DNA from: an uncultured delta proteobacterium
Lineage (GTDB): Bacteria; Myxococcota_A; Polyangia; Polyangiales; B10-G4
Length of the DNA stretch: 64,000 bases
NCBI GenBank assembly: GCA_963727445.1
Contig: CAVSGI010000020.1
Location: 352,001 to 416,000 of the forward strand
Direction of reading: 5' to 3'
Both the position numbers and the translations under genes were made by a program. A model generated the notes under the pieces. The model made no database searches. It worked only from the letters and a program-made list of their open reading frames with translations, and had not been told where the DNA came from. This document shows positions 28,353-38,999 of this stretch, in pieces. The stretch's first letter is position 1; every line of letters begins with the position of its first letter.

Positions 28353-29546
28353 CTAGTCGAGTCCCTTCTTGGGCAGGGGCTCGCCGTACTTTCGCTGCTC
28401 GTTCTCCACGTACAGGTCTGCACGGTCCTGCGTTCGGCCCTGCCACTCGGCGTGGAGCTTCTCGTAGGCGCGCACGCGGCGCTCGGCGCGGGCGCGGTCG
28501 GCGGAGAGCAGCTCGGCGTCGCCCAGTGCGGCGATGGCCTCGTCAATCTGACGCAGGCAGAGGCGGGCGCGGGCGAGGGCGTCCACGGTGTTGTCCAAGT
28601 CGGCGAAGTGGGCGGCCTGAACCAGCATCCGCGACCACTCCGCCCGCTTTTGGGCGAGAATCCATGCCGCCGTTGTAGCGCCTTTTCGAGCGATCGATAA
28701 ACCCCCCATGGTTTTCGGGGGGAGGGGCCGGCCTCGAATCTCGTCCAGATGGGCGACCGGTTGCGCCAAAAGGACGGCCTCGGCTTCCGGCGCCGGGGCG
28801 AAGTAGGCGACCTCCAGGGCCTCCTCCACGCCGCCACTCTCGGCGCCCCCGCAGCCGGCCAGAGCGCCCACGCGGCTGCCGCGTGCCCAGTCCAACAAGA
28901 CGTTGTCCTGGGAGAGGGGCGAATCCACCCCCACCAAGGAACCGCTCGAGAGGCTGGCGGCGAGGCGCTGCTCGCGCTCCACTCCGCAGCCTCGGGTGAA
29001 GACCCGCTCGCATTCCACCGGTCCCATCTTCAGGGTTCCGAGAGGGGTCTCGATGGAGAGCCCATCGTTGCCGAGGCCTTCGGCCACCGCGCGCCGGGCG
29101 GTCACGAAGACCGCCTGCGCCTGACCGCCCGTGAGCGTCGAGACGTCGACGGTGGTGCCCGTCGCGCTGTCCCACTGGGTCTCACGGGTCAGATGAACCG
29201 CCTCTTCTTTGTGAAAGAAGGCGGCGACCGTCGCCGTCGGCCATGCGAACTCCTGCATCACGCCGTTCGGGATGACCTCGACAAGCACCCTCTCCTCGTT
29301 CAGCGCGCGGACCACGCCGGGGGCGTCGTGATAAATCAAGGGTGACATCCCGAAGCCGCCGCGTTCGCCGGACAGTCCGTCGACGCCGCAGCTGTTGGCA
29401 GCGGGTCCATCGAGGGCGCCGAGGGCGTTCGTGTTGTCGGCCAGAGAGGACGGCCGGGATGACGCGAGGTCGCGGTTCGGGGAGGCGCAACCGACCAGGG
29501 CCGAAAGGGCGATCGCGGGCAGGAGGATCGGGGTCGCTTTCGTCAT
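28353..29546 (-). CDS. Hypothetical lipoprotein
   Basis: Lipobox ALVGCAS; 397 aa. Confidence 0.65.
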   Translation of the reverse strand: MTKATPILLPAIALSALVGCASPNRDLASSRPSSLADNTNALGALDGPAANSCGVDGLSGERGGFGMSPLIYHDAPGVVRALNEERVLVEVIPNGVMQEFAWPTATVAAFFHKEEAVHLTRETQWDSATGTTVDVSTLTGGQAQAVFVTARRAVAEGLGNDGLSIETPLGTLKMGPVECERVFTRGCGVEREQRLAASLSSGSLVGVDSPLSQDNVLLDWARGSRVGALAGCGGAESGGVEEALEVAYFAPAPEAEAVLLAQPVAHLDEIRGRPLPPKTMGGLSIARKGATTAAWILAQKRAEWSRMLVQAAHFADLDNTVDALARARLCLRQIDEAIAALGDAELLSADRARAERRVRAYEKLHAEWQGRTQDRADLYVENEQRKYGEPLPKKGLD

Positions 29547-29558
29547 GCTCTCGAGCTG

Positions 29559-29574
29559 TGCAAAGCTCGGGCCG
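29559..29574 (-). promoter_or_regulatory. Putative sigma54 -24/-12 promoter
   Basis: CGGCCC-GAGCT-TTGCA, GG-N10-GC spacing, ~13 nt before ATG 29546. Confidence 0.5.
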
Positions 29575-29702
29575 CGCAAATTCGCCCAGAAAGGCCCAGG
29601 ATTGCTCGGCGTTCCTGGAACATGGAGCGCGCAATGGGGTCCTCGGGCGCCGGGTCATCACTCCACAGTGAGGCCGCCATGTACCAGCGCAGGCCTCCCC
29701 CC

Positions 29703-30966
29703 TCAGAAGCCGGCGGTGAGGCCGAGGGTGGCGGTGTCCTGGGTCTGGCTGTTGGGGACGTAGGCGCCGGTCGTCGGGTCGGTGGCCACGGTGCCGCTGT
29801 AATAGGTCGGGGCGGTGGGGGCGCTGCCGCCGAGGTCCATGGAGCTCGCCGTCTGGTCGTGGCGGTACTCGAGGTAGAAGGCGACGTGCTCGTCCGGGCC
29901 GAAGGTCAGGGTGACGGTGCTCGAGGCGACGAGGGGGGCGGTGGGGTAGAAGATCCGCAGGTTGGCGGCGTCGCCGGGGGAGCGCTCGAGGAACGCGTCC
30001 TGGCGGATGGCCACGGCCAGCCAGTCGGTCGGCAGCACGCGCGCGTAGAATCGCCCCACCCATCCACCAGTCCATCTGCCCGCCGGACTGAGGCTCGAAG
30101 CCGCCGTCCGCGTGGAAGGCGAGGCGCAGCCAGGGCGTGATCACCGCCGAGATCCATCCGTCGAAGATGCTCCGCCAGTTGCCGTCGGCGCGCTCGACGC
30201 CTCCATAATAGAGGAGCTGCGCCTCGAAACGTTCGTATTGGAAGCCGACCCAGCCGGCGACCGACTTCGCCTGGTTGTTGTCGAGGATGTTGCCGGCGCC
30301 GTTGTACACGGCGGTGTGGACGCTGATCTCGTCGTTGACCTGCGTCGTGAGGTGGATGCCCAGGTGATAGAAGGGCAGGGCGTAGCAGAGGGTGGACTGC
30401 GACCAGTTCCAGTTCTTGCGGATGGTGATGGACTCGATGCCGATGGGGGACAGGAAGATGCCGGCTTCGACTGCGACGTCGTTCAGGATCGGCGCCAGGT
30501 AGCCGAGGTAGGCCTCTTGGATGAATCGATAGGTGGACGCGGAGCTCGCGCCCACGCCATCGCTCGGGCCGGCGGTGTCGGTCGGCTCGGACAGGTAATA
30601 GGTGTCCGGCGTTCGCCCGGCCTGAAGCGCGATGTACGCGTAGACCCGGTCGAACTCGAATCGGGTGTTGAGGCTCACGTTCTCGAAGTTGAAGGTCGCG
30701 TGACGGTTGTCGAAGCCGCGCCAGGCGATGATCCCGTTCGAGGGATTCTGAAACGACCAGGTGAAGCTGTTCTCGACGTAGCCGCCGAAGCGCGCGGTGA
30801 TCGCTGGGCCGCCATCGCTGAGCTCGGCGGAGAGCGTGGGCGATTCGGCTGCGTCGTCCCCCTGTCCCACGCCGTCCGTGAGCCCCTCCGGGATCTGTTG
30901 AGCCTCGGCATCGAGGGCCCAGATCGCGGGCAAGAAGAGGGCGGTGATGATCGTCGTGCGCAACAT
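29703..30966 (-). CDS. Outer-membrane beta-barrel porin (BBP2/DUF1597-like), +1 frameshift at ~30050
   Basis: Signal peptide; IQEAYLGY, GIFLSPIGIESI, NWNWSQS, LEYRHD, C-terminal aromatic 'TAGF'. Confidence 0.85.
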
Positions 30967-31096
30967 GAGCGTGCGTTGGGCGCGACTTGTAACCCGAGGC
31001 GGCCGCACATCAAAGGCTCGGGGGGGGTGTTGGCCAGGGTACCGGTCCGGGTATGCTCCCCAGCGGAAGGGTGGGCGGCGCATAGCGTCTCTCGCG

Positions 31097-32509
31097 GTGA
31101 AAGGGATACTCATGACGATGCGAGCGACGACCTTGCTTCTGCTGGCGGCCGGCCTCGTGCTGCCCGCGTGTGGTGACGATTCGACCACCGGCGACGGCGG
31201 CGGAGACACCGGCACGACCATGGACACCGGCACTGGCGACGGCAGCCCGGGTGACGGCAGTCCTGGCGACGGCAGTCCTGGCGACGGCAGTCCCGGCGAC
31301 GGCAGCCCGGGCGATGGCAGCCCCGGTGACGGTGCGATGGACAGCGCCGTGGACACGGGCCCGCCTCCCGCTTGTGAAGCGCCGGTGCTTCCCGGTCTCG
31401 CTGCGGAGGAGATCGCGCCTGGCAGCTTCAGCTCACCTCTCTTCGTGACGCAAGCGCCGGGCAGCACGGACACCCTCTGGGTCGTTCAGCGTGGCGGTCG
31501 CATCCGCCTGGTGCGCGGCGGCTCGGTGGTGGGAGATTTTCTCGACGTCAGCGGTCGCATCACCACGGGTGGTGGAGAGCAGGGGCTGCTCGGCCTCGCC
31601 TTCCATCCGGACTACGAAACCAACGGTCGGTTCTTCATCTACTACACGGCGAGCGGAGGCGGCAACGCCGTGGTCGCCGAGTATGGCGTGAGCAGTGACC
31701 CAGACGTCGCCGACACCACCGAGGTCCGGCGCCTGGTGGACATCCCCGAACCCCAGGGCAACCACAATGGAGGCAACCTCGCCTTCGGACCGGACGGATT
31801 CCTCTATGCCGGAACGGGTGACGGCGGTGGGTCGTGTGACTCGCACGGCGACCCCGGCAATGGACAGGACACCGACGTCCTCCTCGGCAAGCTGCTGCGC
31901 CTCGACGTCGACAACACGGGCGGCGATTTTGCGGCGGCCGGCAACCCCTTCGCTTCCGGCGGGGGCCTGCCCCAGATCTGGGCCTACGGCCTGCGCAATC
32001 CCTGGCGCTTCTCCTTCGACCGCGCGACGGGCGAGCTCTACATCGCCGACGTCGGCCAGGGTGAGTGGGAGGAGGTCGACGTTCAGCCGGCGTCCAGCAG
32101 CGGCGGCGAGAACTATGGCTGGCGGGCGTACGAGGGCTTCGAGCTCAGCAGCGTGAGCGGCTGTGACGCCAGCGGTGCCGGTTCGGTCACCCAGACCGAG
32201 CCGGTCCTCGCCTACGCGCACATGTCCTCGACCGAGACCCTCCGCGGCGCCTGCTCCATCACGGGCGGCTACGTCTACCGCGGCAGCGCCATCCCCGAGC
32301 TACGGGGCGTCTACCTCTACGGCGACTACTGCAGCAACGACATCGGCGCCTTCCGCTACTGCGAGGGCTCGGTGATGGGCGACCAGCGCGTGAGCGATCT
32401 GCGCTCGACGGGCGGCGGCATCTCGAGCTTCGGCGAGGACAACGCGGGCGAGCTCTACATGACGTTCCTCGGTAGCGATCAGGTCTTCAAGATCGTCCCC
32501 GCCCCCTGA
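31097..32509 (+). CDS. PQQ-dependent sugar (glucose/sorbosone) dehydrogenase lipoprotein
   Basis: Lipobox LPACG; EQGLLGLAFHP, NHNGG, GDGG, YGLRNPWRFSFD, ADVGQ, SITGGYVYRG; start 31097 (GTG) or 31112/31118. Confidence 0.92.
   Translation: MKGILMTMRATTLLLLAAGLVLPACGDDSTTGDGGGDTGTTMDTGTGDGSPGDGSPGDGSPGDGSPGDGSPGDGSPGDGAMDSAVDTGPPPACEAPVLPGLAAEEIAPGSFSSPLFVTQAPGSTDTLWVVQRGGRIRLVRGGSVVGDFLDVSGRITTGGGEQGLLGLAFHPDYETNGRFFIYYTASGGGNAVVAEYGVSSDPDVADTTEVRRLVDIPEPQGNHNGGNLAFGPDGFLYAGTGDGGGSCDSHGDPGNGQDTDVLLGKLLRLDVDNTGGDFAAAGNPFASGGGLPQIWAYGLRNPWRFSFDRATGELYIADVGQGEWEEVDVQPASSSGGENYGWRAYEGFELSSVSGCDASGAGSVTQTEPVLAYAHMSSTETLRGACSITGGYVYRGSAIPELRGVYLYGDYCSNDIGAFRYCEGSVMGDQRVSDLRSTGGGISSFGEDNAGELYMTFLGSDQVFKIVPAP
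31235..31333 (+). repeat. 15-bp tandem repeat x6 (GDGSP linker)
   Basis: GGYGAYGGCAGYCCN units. Confidence 0.9.
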
Positions 32510-34341
32510 TGGCACGGCCCGGCAGCAAGATGGCGGCGATCCTCGCGGTCGCCCTGTTCGCGGCGATCGGCCACGCGCCGACGGCCGCGGCGCAGATCTT
32601 CCAGCCGGGCTCTCAGCCGATGGGGGACGACGGCGGCGTCACGACGCCGATCCAGACCTCCGAGACCTGCGCTCGCTGTCACGCGCTCTACGACCCCGCC
32701 GACGACTACGAGCCGTGGGATGGGTGGCGGGGCGCGATGATGGCGAACGCGGGCCGCGACCCGATCTTCCTCGCGGCCCTCGCCATCGCCGAGGTCGACA
32801 ACCCCGACGCTCCGGATTTCTGCGTGCGGTGTCATTCGATGCCGGCGTGGCTGCGCGGCCGCTCGTCGCTGCCGGAGTGGTCCGAGGCGGACGGGCCGCG
32901 CTTCCTGGCCGACGACGACGGCTTCCCTTCGGACGACTACGACGGTGTGGCGTGCATGGTCTGTCACCGCGCCACCGACGACGTCGCCTCCGATCCCATG
33001 GCGCCGTATCAGCAGAACGCGCAGATCTACTTCTACGACGGACCGGGCGAGGGTGCGTATCGCGCAGGGCCCTACGAGTACCTGCCGGGCGGCGGGCCCA
33101 CCCACCCCACCACCCTCAGCACCTTCCTTCCCACCGGCGGGTTCTGCGGCCAGTGCCACGACATCGTGAACCCCGTGGTGGACGGGCAGCGCGCCGACGG
33201 CACGCCCATCGGGCGCCGCTTCGCGATCGAGCGCACCTTCAGCGAGTGGCAGAACAGCGCGTTCAGCGCCCGCGGCGACACCTGTCAGGACTGCCACATG
33301 AAGCTGATGGAGACGCCGACCCGCGCCGCGAACGACGGGATGGAGCGAGACTACATGCGTCGTCACGATCTCGTGGGCTCCTCGAGCTGGGTGCTTCGCG
33401 CCCTCGCCACCACCGTCCCCGACACCGACGGCGACTGGAAAGCGGCGCTGATGCGAAGCGCCGACAAGGCCGAGGCGTTCCTCACCGAGGCCGCGGAGCT
33501 CGCCGTGAGCGACGTCTCCCTGGACGCGGAGATGGCCCACGCCACGGTGCGCGTCACCAACCTCACCGGCCACAAGCTCCCCACCGGCTACCCGGAGGGG
33601 CGGCGCATGTGGCTCGAGGTCGCCGTCATCGACGGCACCGGCGAAGCGGTGAGCGGCTCGGGCCTCTACGACGAGGCGACGGCCGAGCTGACGCGCGACG
33701 CGCAGCTCCGCACCTACGAGGTGGAGCTGGCCGAAGGCGGGATGCAGAGCTTCCACTTCATCCTCAACGACACGGTGATGCTCGACAATCGCATCCCGCC
33801 CGAGGGCTTCGACCCCCCGGAGGATCGGGACATGGCGCCCGTGGGTCGCGACTACGGCGACGGCTCGGGCGGCTATCACCACTGGGACGAGGCGACCTTC
33901 GATCTGATGGCCTGCGGCGAAGGCGACCTGAGCTTGCGCGTGCGCCTGCTCTTTCAATCCACGACGCGCGAGTACATCGAATTCCTCCGCGACAACGCGC
34001 CCGACAGCCTCGACCCCGACGTCGGCAATCGGGGCGAGATGGCCTATCAGCTCTGGGACGAGCACGGCGGCCGCACGCCGACGGTGATGGCGGAGTCCTC
34101 CATGCCGCTCGGCGCATCGCCCGGAGCGTGCCCGGAGCCCATGCCCGACGCGGGCCCGGATGCGGGGGTCGACAGCGGCATCGACAGCGAAGTCGTCGAC
34201 AGCGGCACCATCCCGCCACCCGACGACTCGGGCTGCGGCTGCACCACACCCGCGTCGGGACGCGGCGCGGGCGTGCCGCTCTTCGCGACCGCCTTCCTAC
34301 TCCTCGTGTGGCATCGCCGCCGGTCCGCGAAGCGTCGCTGA
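32509..34341 (+). CDS. Pentaheme c-type cytochrome with MYXO-CTERM-like anchor
   Basis: CARCH, CVRCH, CMVCH, CGQCH, CQDCH; GHKLPTG; signal peptide; C-terminal SGCGC-TM-RRR. Confidence 0.9.
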   Translation: MARPGSKMAAILAVALFAAIGHAPTAAAQIFQPGSQPMGDDGGVTTPIQTSETCARCHALYDPADDYEPWDGWRGAMMANAGRDPIFLAALAIAEVDNPDAPDFCVRCHSMPAWLRGRSSLPEWSEADGPRFLADDDGFPSDDYDGVACMVCHRATDDVASDPMAPYQQNAQIYFYDGPGEGAYRAGPYEYLPGGGPTHPTTLSTFLPTGGFCGQCHDIVNPVVDGQRADGTPIGRRFAIERTFSEWQNSAFSARGDTCQDCHMKLMETPTRAANDGMERDYMRRHDLVGSSSWVLRALATTVPDTDGDWKAALMRSADKAEAFLTEAAELAVSDVSLDAEMAHATVRVTNLTGHKLPTGYPEGRRMWLEVAVIDGTGEAVSGSGLYDEATAELTRDAQLRTYEVELAEGGMQSFHFILNDTVMLDNRIPPEGFDPPEDRDMAPVGRDYGDGSGGYHHWDEATFDLMACGEGDLSLRVRLLFQSTTREYIEFLRDNAPDSLDPDVGNRGEMAYQLWDEHGGRTPTVMAESSMPLGASPGACPEPMPDAGPDAGVDSGIDSEVVDSGTIPPPDDSGCGCTTPASGRGAGVPLFATAFLLLVWHRRRSAKRR

Positions 34342-34398
34342 GCCGCCGAACGATCCCTCGCTTGCCAGCGGCGCCCCGGCGCGGTAGGCAGCCCGGCG

Positions 34399-36250
34399 AT
34401 GGCCTCGGGCCCCACCACATATCGGGAGATCACGTTCGCCGCGGTCTTCCTGGGCATCCTCCAAGGCATCATCCTGACGGCGAGCTTCGTCTACATCGGA
34501 CTCAAGCTCGGCTTCGGCCTCACCGGCTCGTCGGTCGCGGCGATCCTGGGCTTCGCGCTCTTGCGCGGCGTGGGCCGCGGCCTTCTCAAGATCCCCGGCG
34601 CCGGGAGCATCGTCGAGAACAACATCAACCAGACGATCGCCTCCGGGATCAACACCGCGTCGAGCGGCGTCGTCTTCACCTTCCCGGCGCTGTTGCTCCT
34701 CGGCATGCAGGACGAGCTCAACGTCTGGGCGATCATCGCCGCCGGCGTCGCGGGCTCCTTCATGGGGATCATCGTGATCATCCCCTTGCGCAAGCAGCTC
34801 ATCGAGATCGAGCGCCTGCGTTTCCCCTCGGGCGTCGCCGTCGCCACCATCCTGAAGTCGCCGGGCGCCGGCGCGAAGAAGGCGTGGCTCCTCGGGCTCG
34901 GCTTCCTCGTCGGCCTGCTCCTCACCCTCGCCACCAACTCCGACGTGGCTCAGGTGCTCACAGGTGACGACGAGCGCACCCTCGGCCTCATCCCCGAGAC
35001 CCTCAACATCGGCGCGTCGATCCTCGGCATCTTCGGGATGGAGATGAAGGGCGCCGCGGGGCTGGCCCTCGGCGGCACCGCGCTCTCGCTCTCCATGGCC
35101 AACTTCGGCGCCGGGCTCCTCTCCGGCAAGGGCGGTCTGCCCTTCGCCCTCGGCGGCGTCCTCGCCTGGTGGGTGATCGGCCCCTTCGTGGTGAGCCAGG
35201 GATGGGCGCCGCCGGGTCTCGAGGGCGAGGATCTCGGTCTGGGGCGTCTACGGCGCGATGCTGCGCCCGGTGGGGATCGGGATCCTGATCGGCGGCGCGC
35301 TCGCGGGGGTGGTCGCCGCGTTCCCGGCGCTCAAGGGCGCCATCAAGAGCCTTCAGTCGGCGGCGAAGCTCGCCAAGCAGGGCGGCCAGGCCGAGGAGCT
35401 CTCGCCGACGGTGCTGGTGGTCGGCCTCATCGGCTCTTTCGTGGCGCTCTTCGCCGTCGCTTACGTCGAGGGCATGGCGGGCGATGACCCGATCGGCTTC
35501 GGCACGGTGATCTCCGTCGCGGTGGTCGGCACTCTGTGGCTCGCGCTCGCTGGCCTCATCGTGGCCCAGGCGACCGGGGCCACCGACATCTCGCCGCTCT
35601 CCGGCCTCGCGCTCATCGCCGTGACGCTCATGCTCGGGCTCACCGGCGGCCACGTGATCCTCGCCGTCACGGTGGGCGTCGCGGTCTGCATCGCCACCGG
35701 GCAGTGCGGGGACATGATGCACGACCTCAAGACCGGTCACCTGATCGGCGGCGTGCCGCGCAAGCAGCAGCTCGCGCAGTTCGCGGTGGCGTGGATCGGC
35801 CCGGCGATCGCCATCGGCGTCACCATGCTCTTGTGGCAAAACGGACCGGGCGGGATGAACGGGTTCGGCCCGGAGTCGCCCGCCTGCATGGACGACAGCA
35901 TCCCCGGCTGTCTCCCTGCGCCGCAGGCCGGCGTGCTCCAGGGCATGATCAACGGCGTGCTCGAGGGCAACGCCCCCGTCGACAAGTACATCGCGGGCGC
36001 GGCCATCGGTGGTGGCCTGGCGCTCTTCCCCATCGGCGGCCTCGGCGTGCTGATCGGTCTCGCGATGTATCTGCCCTTCGAGATCACGCTGGGCTACGGC
36101 CTGGGCTGCCTCACCACGATGCTCGTCGAGCGAGTGAAGGGCTTCCGCTACGTGGGTGACGTCGTGGTGCCGGTCGCCGCCGGGTTGATCGTCGGCGAGG
36201 CGCTCACGAATCTCACCATCACGATGATCAAGCTCGGGGGCGGCTCGTGA
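34399..36250 (+). CDS. OPT/YSL-family oligopeptide transporter, +1 frameshift at ~35240
   Basis: REITF, YIGLKLG, ENNINQT, LRFPSG, DMMHDLKTGHLIG, LPAPQA. Confidence 0.9.
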
Positions 36251-36852
36251 AGCAGGTCGCCTTCTGGGTGTTCGTCGCCGGCGTCATCATCGCGGGTTGC
36301 TACGCCGCGAAGCTCGCGCCGATCGAGGCGGGCGAGGGCTCGGGGCCCGAGGGCGCCGTGACCATCGGCGATCGCGTCGGCTCGTGGTGGGACGGGGCGG
36401 GCATCCCTTTCAGCGTCGGGGTGCTGCTCATGGTCGGCGGCGGGATCCTCGGGCGCCGCATCGAGAAGCTGGACAACGCGCCCCCGGACGCGTCGGCCGA
36501 CGCGGCCACCAAGCCCAAGGGCAGCCCTTCCTCGGTCCTCGACGAGATCAGCGAAGCCCTCGAGGCGCTGCCGGCGGGCCACCTCGCGAAGTCGGTCGAG
36601 GACGCGCGGGACGGCCTCGACAGGGTCCTCGAGGAGCTGGTGCCCCGCTTCCTCAATCACCGGCCGCGGATGATCGCGGAGATGGGCCTCGAGCACTTCG
36701 CCGAGATGATCGGTCATTTCGCGTCCCTGGAGCGGAACGCGGCGCGGGCCTGGAGCGCGCTCACGGACGGGGTCCCCTCCGAGGCCGAAGTGGCCCTGGA
36801 GCGGGCGAAAATGGCCCTCTCGAGCGCAAAAAAGGCGCTCTCCTCCGGATAA
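36247..36852 (+). CDS. Hypothetical membrane protein
   Basis: Two TMs; 'ERNAARAWSALTDG'; GTGA overlap with the OPT gene. Confidence 0.75.
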   Translation: MKQVAFWVFVAGVIIAGCYAAKLAPIEAGEGSGPEGAVTIGDRVGSWWDGAGIPFSVGVLLMVGGGILGRRIEKLDNAPPDASADAATKPKGSPSSVLDEISEALEALPAGHLAKSVEDARDGLDRVLEELVPRFLNHRPRMIAEMGLEHFAEMIGHFASLERNAARAWSALTDGVPSEAEVALERAKMALSSAKKALSSG

Positions 36853-36915
36853 AGCTCACTCGGCGCAGGCGCGTCCTTGTGAACCCTCGCCTCCTTCGTG
36901 CTACCCCTCGCCCCG

Positions 36916-37884
36916 ATGAAGGCGCCGAGAGGAAAGCAGTCGGGGCTTCTCCGCTTCTCTGCGGACGTGCGGCCCCTCGGGTTCAACGCGATCTACTTCG
37001 GCCTGTTGGCCCTGCTGTGGGTCCAGGACCATTTCGTGTGGTGGCAGGTGCCGGTCTTCGCGGCCCTCTGCGTCACCTCTTTCCAGGGCGCGGTGCAGAC
37101 CCACAACGCGATCCACTCGCCGGTCTTCCGCGTGAAGTGGCTGAACAAGATCTACCAGGTGGTGCTCACGCTGATCTACGGCCACCCCGTCTCGAGCTAC
37201 GTCCCAGGCCACAACCTCAGCCATCACAAGCACACCCAGTCGCGGCGTGACGTGATGCGCACCACCAAGGTGCGCTTCAAGCACAACCTCCTGAACGGCA
37301 TCTTCTTCATGCTCTCGGTGGTGCCGTCGATCATGCGCGCCGACGCCGTCTACTCGAAGACGATGTACAAGCGGCACCCCAAGTGGTTCCGGCAGCTCCT
37401 CTTCGAGCTCGTGAGCCTGATGGCCGTGACCGTCGCGCTCTTCGTCTTCGACTGGCAGAGGGCCCTGGTGCTCTGGATCGTCCCGCACCTCTACGCCCAG
37501 TGGGGCATCGTCTCGATGAACACCCTGCAGCACGACGGCTGCGACGGCGAGAGCGAGTGGAACCACTCGCGCAACTTCATGGGCAAGCTCGTCAACTGGT
37601 GGGTCTTCAACAACGGCTTCCACTCCATCCACCACGACATCCCCGGCCTGCACTGGAGCCTCGCCCCCGAGGCGCACCGTGAGCGCTACACCGGCAAGAT
37701 CCACCCGAACCTCGAGCAGAAGAGCCTCCTCGGCTACATCTGGTACACGTTCTTCCTGAACCACCGCGAGACCTACGACGGCCAGCCCTACCTCCCGCCG
37801 CCCGAAGGCCCCGACGAAGACTGGCTCCCCCAGCCCGAAGACACACCGGACGACCTCGGTGCGGAAGCGTACGTGGCGCCCTGA
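36916..37884 (+). CDS. Membrane fatty-acid desaturase family protein
   Basis: His boxes HNAIH, HNLSHH, QH, HSIHH. Confidence 0.9.
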   Translation: MKAPRGKQSGLLRFSADVRPLGFNAIYFGLLALLWVQDHFVWWQVPVFAALCVTSFQGAVQTHNAIHSPVFRVKWLNKIYQVVLTLIYGHPVSSYVPGHNLSHHKHTQSRRDVMRTTKVRFKHNLLNGIFFMLSVVPSIMRADAVYSKTMYKRHPKWFRQLLFELVSLMAVTVALFVFDWQRALVLWIVPHLYAQWGIVSMNTLQHDGCDGESEWNHSRNFMGKLVNWWVFNNGFHSIHHDIPGLHWSLAPEAHRERYTGKIHPNLEQKSLLGYIWYTFFLNHRETYDGQPYLPPPEGPDEDWLPQPEDTPDDLGAEAYVAP

Positions 37885-37908
37885 CGGGACGGGGCCAGGA
37901 CGTCAGGG
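37879..37908. terminator. Hairpin between convergent genes
   Basis: CCCTGACG...CGTCAGGG inverted repeat. Confidence 0.35.
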
Positions 37909-38034
37909 TCACTCGGGGTAGTCGACGACGATCGATTCGCGGTCGCCGAGCCAGCGCCAGCGTGCGTGCATCTTCGCGAGCGCCTCGCGCACGCGGTCGT
38001 GCTTGCCGACGGTGCGCACGAAGGTGACCCGCAT
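37909..38034 (-). pseudogene. 41-aa ORF, possibly N- and C-terminal remnants of a longer hypothetical protein
   Basis: MRVTFVRTVGKHDRV|REALAKMHARWRWLGDRESIVVDYPE, starts 8 bp after the VWA gene stop. Confidence 0.4.
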
Positions 38035-38042
38035 CGACGCGC

Positions 38043-38981
38043 TCAGATCAAGCAGCCGCAGCAGACGTCGCCCGCGGCCTGCTCGAGCGCGTCCGTGAGG
38101 GCAGCGCCGTCGCCGGCCGCGAGGAAGAGGTCCGGGCCGGAGCCCGCTGCACGCATCCGTCCCATCCCGTCCGGCGCGCAGTTCGTCGCGGGATCGGGCG
38201 CGGTGCCGCCCGCGCAGGCCGCATCGTTGAGGGTCGGGCGGTCGACCCCGGTGCCCGAGGCGTCGAAGCCGATCACGTAGGTGCCGATGCCGGCAGCGGT
38301 CAGCGCGTCGACGAAGGGGAGCGGGTCTTCGCAGGTGTCCTGTCCGTCGGTGATGAGCACGACGTACTGCGGGCGGCCGGCGACCGCCACGGACATCAGG
38401 CCGGTGCGGGCGGTGTCCAGACCGGCGCCGATGGGGGTGCTCTTGCAGAGCTCGGTGGTCTCGACATCGATCGCCGCGTCGATGGCGCCGCTGGTGCCGA
38501 GGTTCGGAGGCACCAGCACCTCGCCCTCTTCGCAGTCGGGGTTGTCGGCGGTCGTCCCGGCGATGCGCTGCGCCAGCGTCACGCACACCCCGGGCGCCGG
38601 CAGCCTCGGGAAGAGCTCGAGGCCGAAGCGTACGGTGGTGTCGAGAGCCGAGGTGAAGCTCTCGATGGCGGTCACCGCGATGGCCCACTTCGACAGCGAG
38701 TGATCGCTGGCGGGTGCGGGGTCGCCGTTGGGCTGGCGGTGCATGCTCATGGTGCGGTCGAGCACGATCAGCATGTCGGGCGGGTCGCAGCCGTCGCCGG
38801 AGTCGCCGCCGCTCCCGTCGCCGCCGCTCCCATCGCGCGCCCCACCGCTGTCGGCGGTGGCGTCGCCCCCGCCATCTCCCGAGCTCGCATCCCCCCGCCC
38901 GGTCCCGGTGGGATCCGAGCCGCAGTCGCAAGCCGCCAGGGTGGTCATCAGGAGCACAGCCGCGAGGCGTCGCGTCGCCAT
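38043..38981 (-). CDS. VWA-domain lipoprotein (CglB-like, Cys-rich)
   Basis: Lipobox LAAC; VLDRTMSM, STPIG, VLITDGQDTC, TYVIGF. Confidence 0.85.
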   Translation of the reverse strand: MATRRLAAVLLMTTLAACDCGSDPTGTGRGDASSGDGGGDATADSGGARDGSGGDGSGGDSGDGCDPPDMLIVLDRTMSMHRQPNGDPAPASDHSLSKWAIAVTAIESFTSALDTTVRFGLELFPRLPAPGVCVTLAQRIAGTTADNPDCEEGEVLVPPNLGTSGAIDAAIDVETTELCKSTPIGAGLDTARTGLMSVAVAGRPQYVVLITDGQDTCEDPLPFVDALTAAGIGTYVIGFDASGTGVDRPTLNDAACAGGTAPDPATNCAPDGMGRMRAAGSGPDLFLAAGDGAALTDALEQAAGDVCCGCLI

Positions 38982-38999
38982 GGGCTCAGTGTAGCGGAC

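Noticed and set aside
30967..31096. Possible riboswitch or ncRNA between porin and PQQ dehydrogenase
   Set aside because: No recognisable aptamer consensus; adequately explained as a divergent promoter region
31235..31333. Tandem repeats as possible CRISPR array (also 22166-22255)
   Set aside because: No spacers; in-frame low-complexity linkers of lipoproteins; no cas genes
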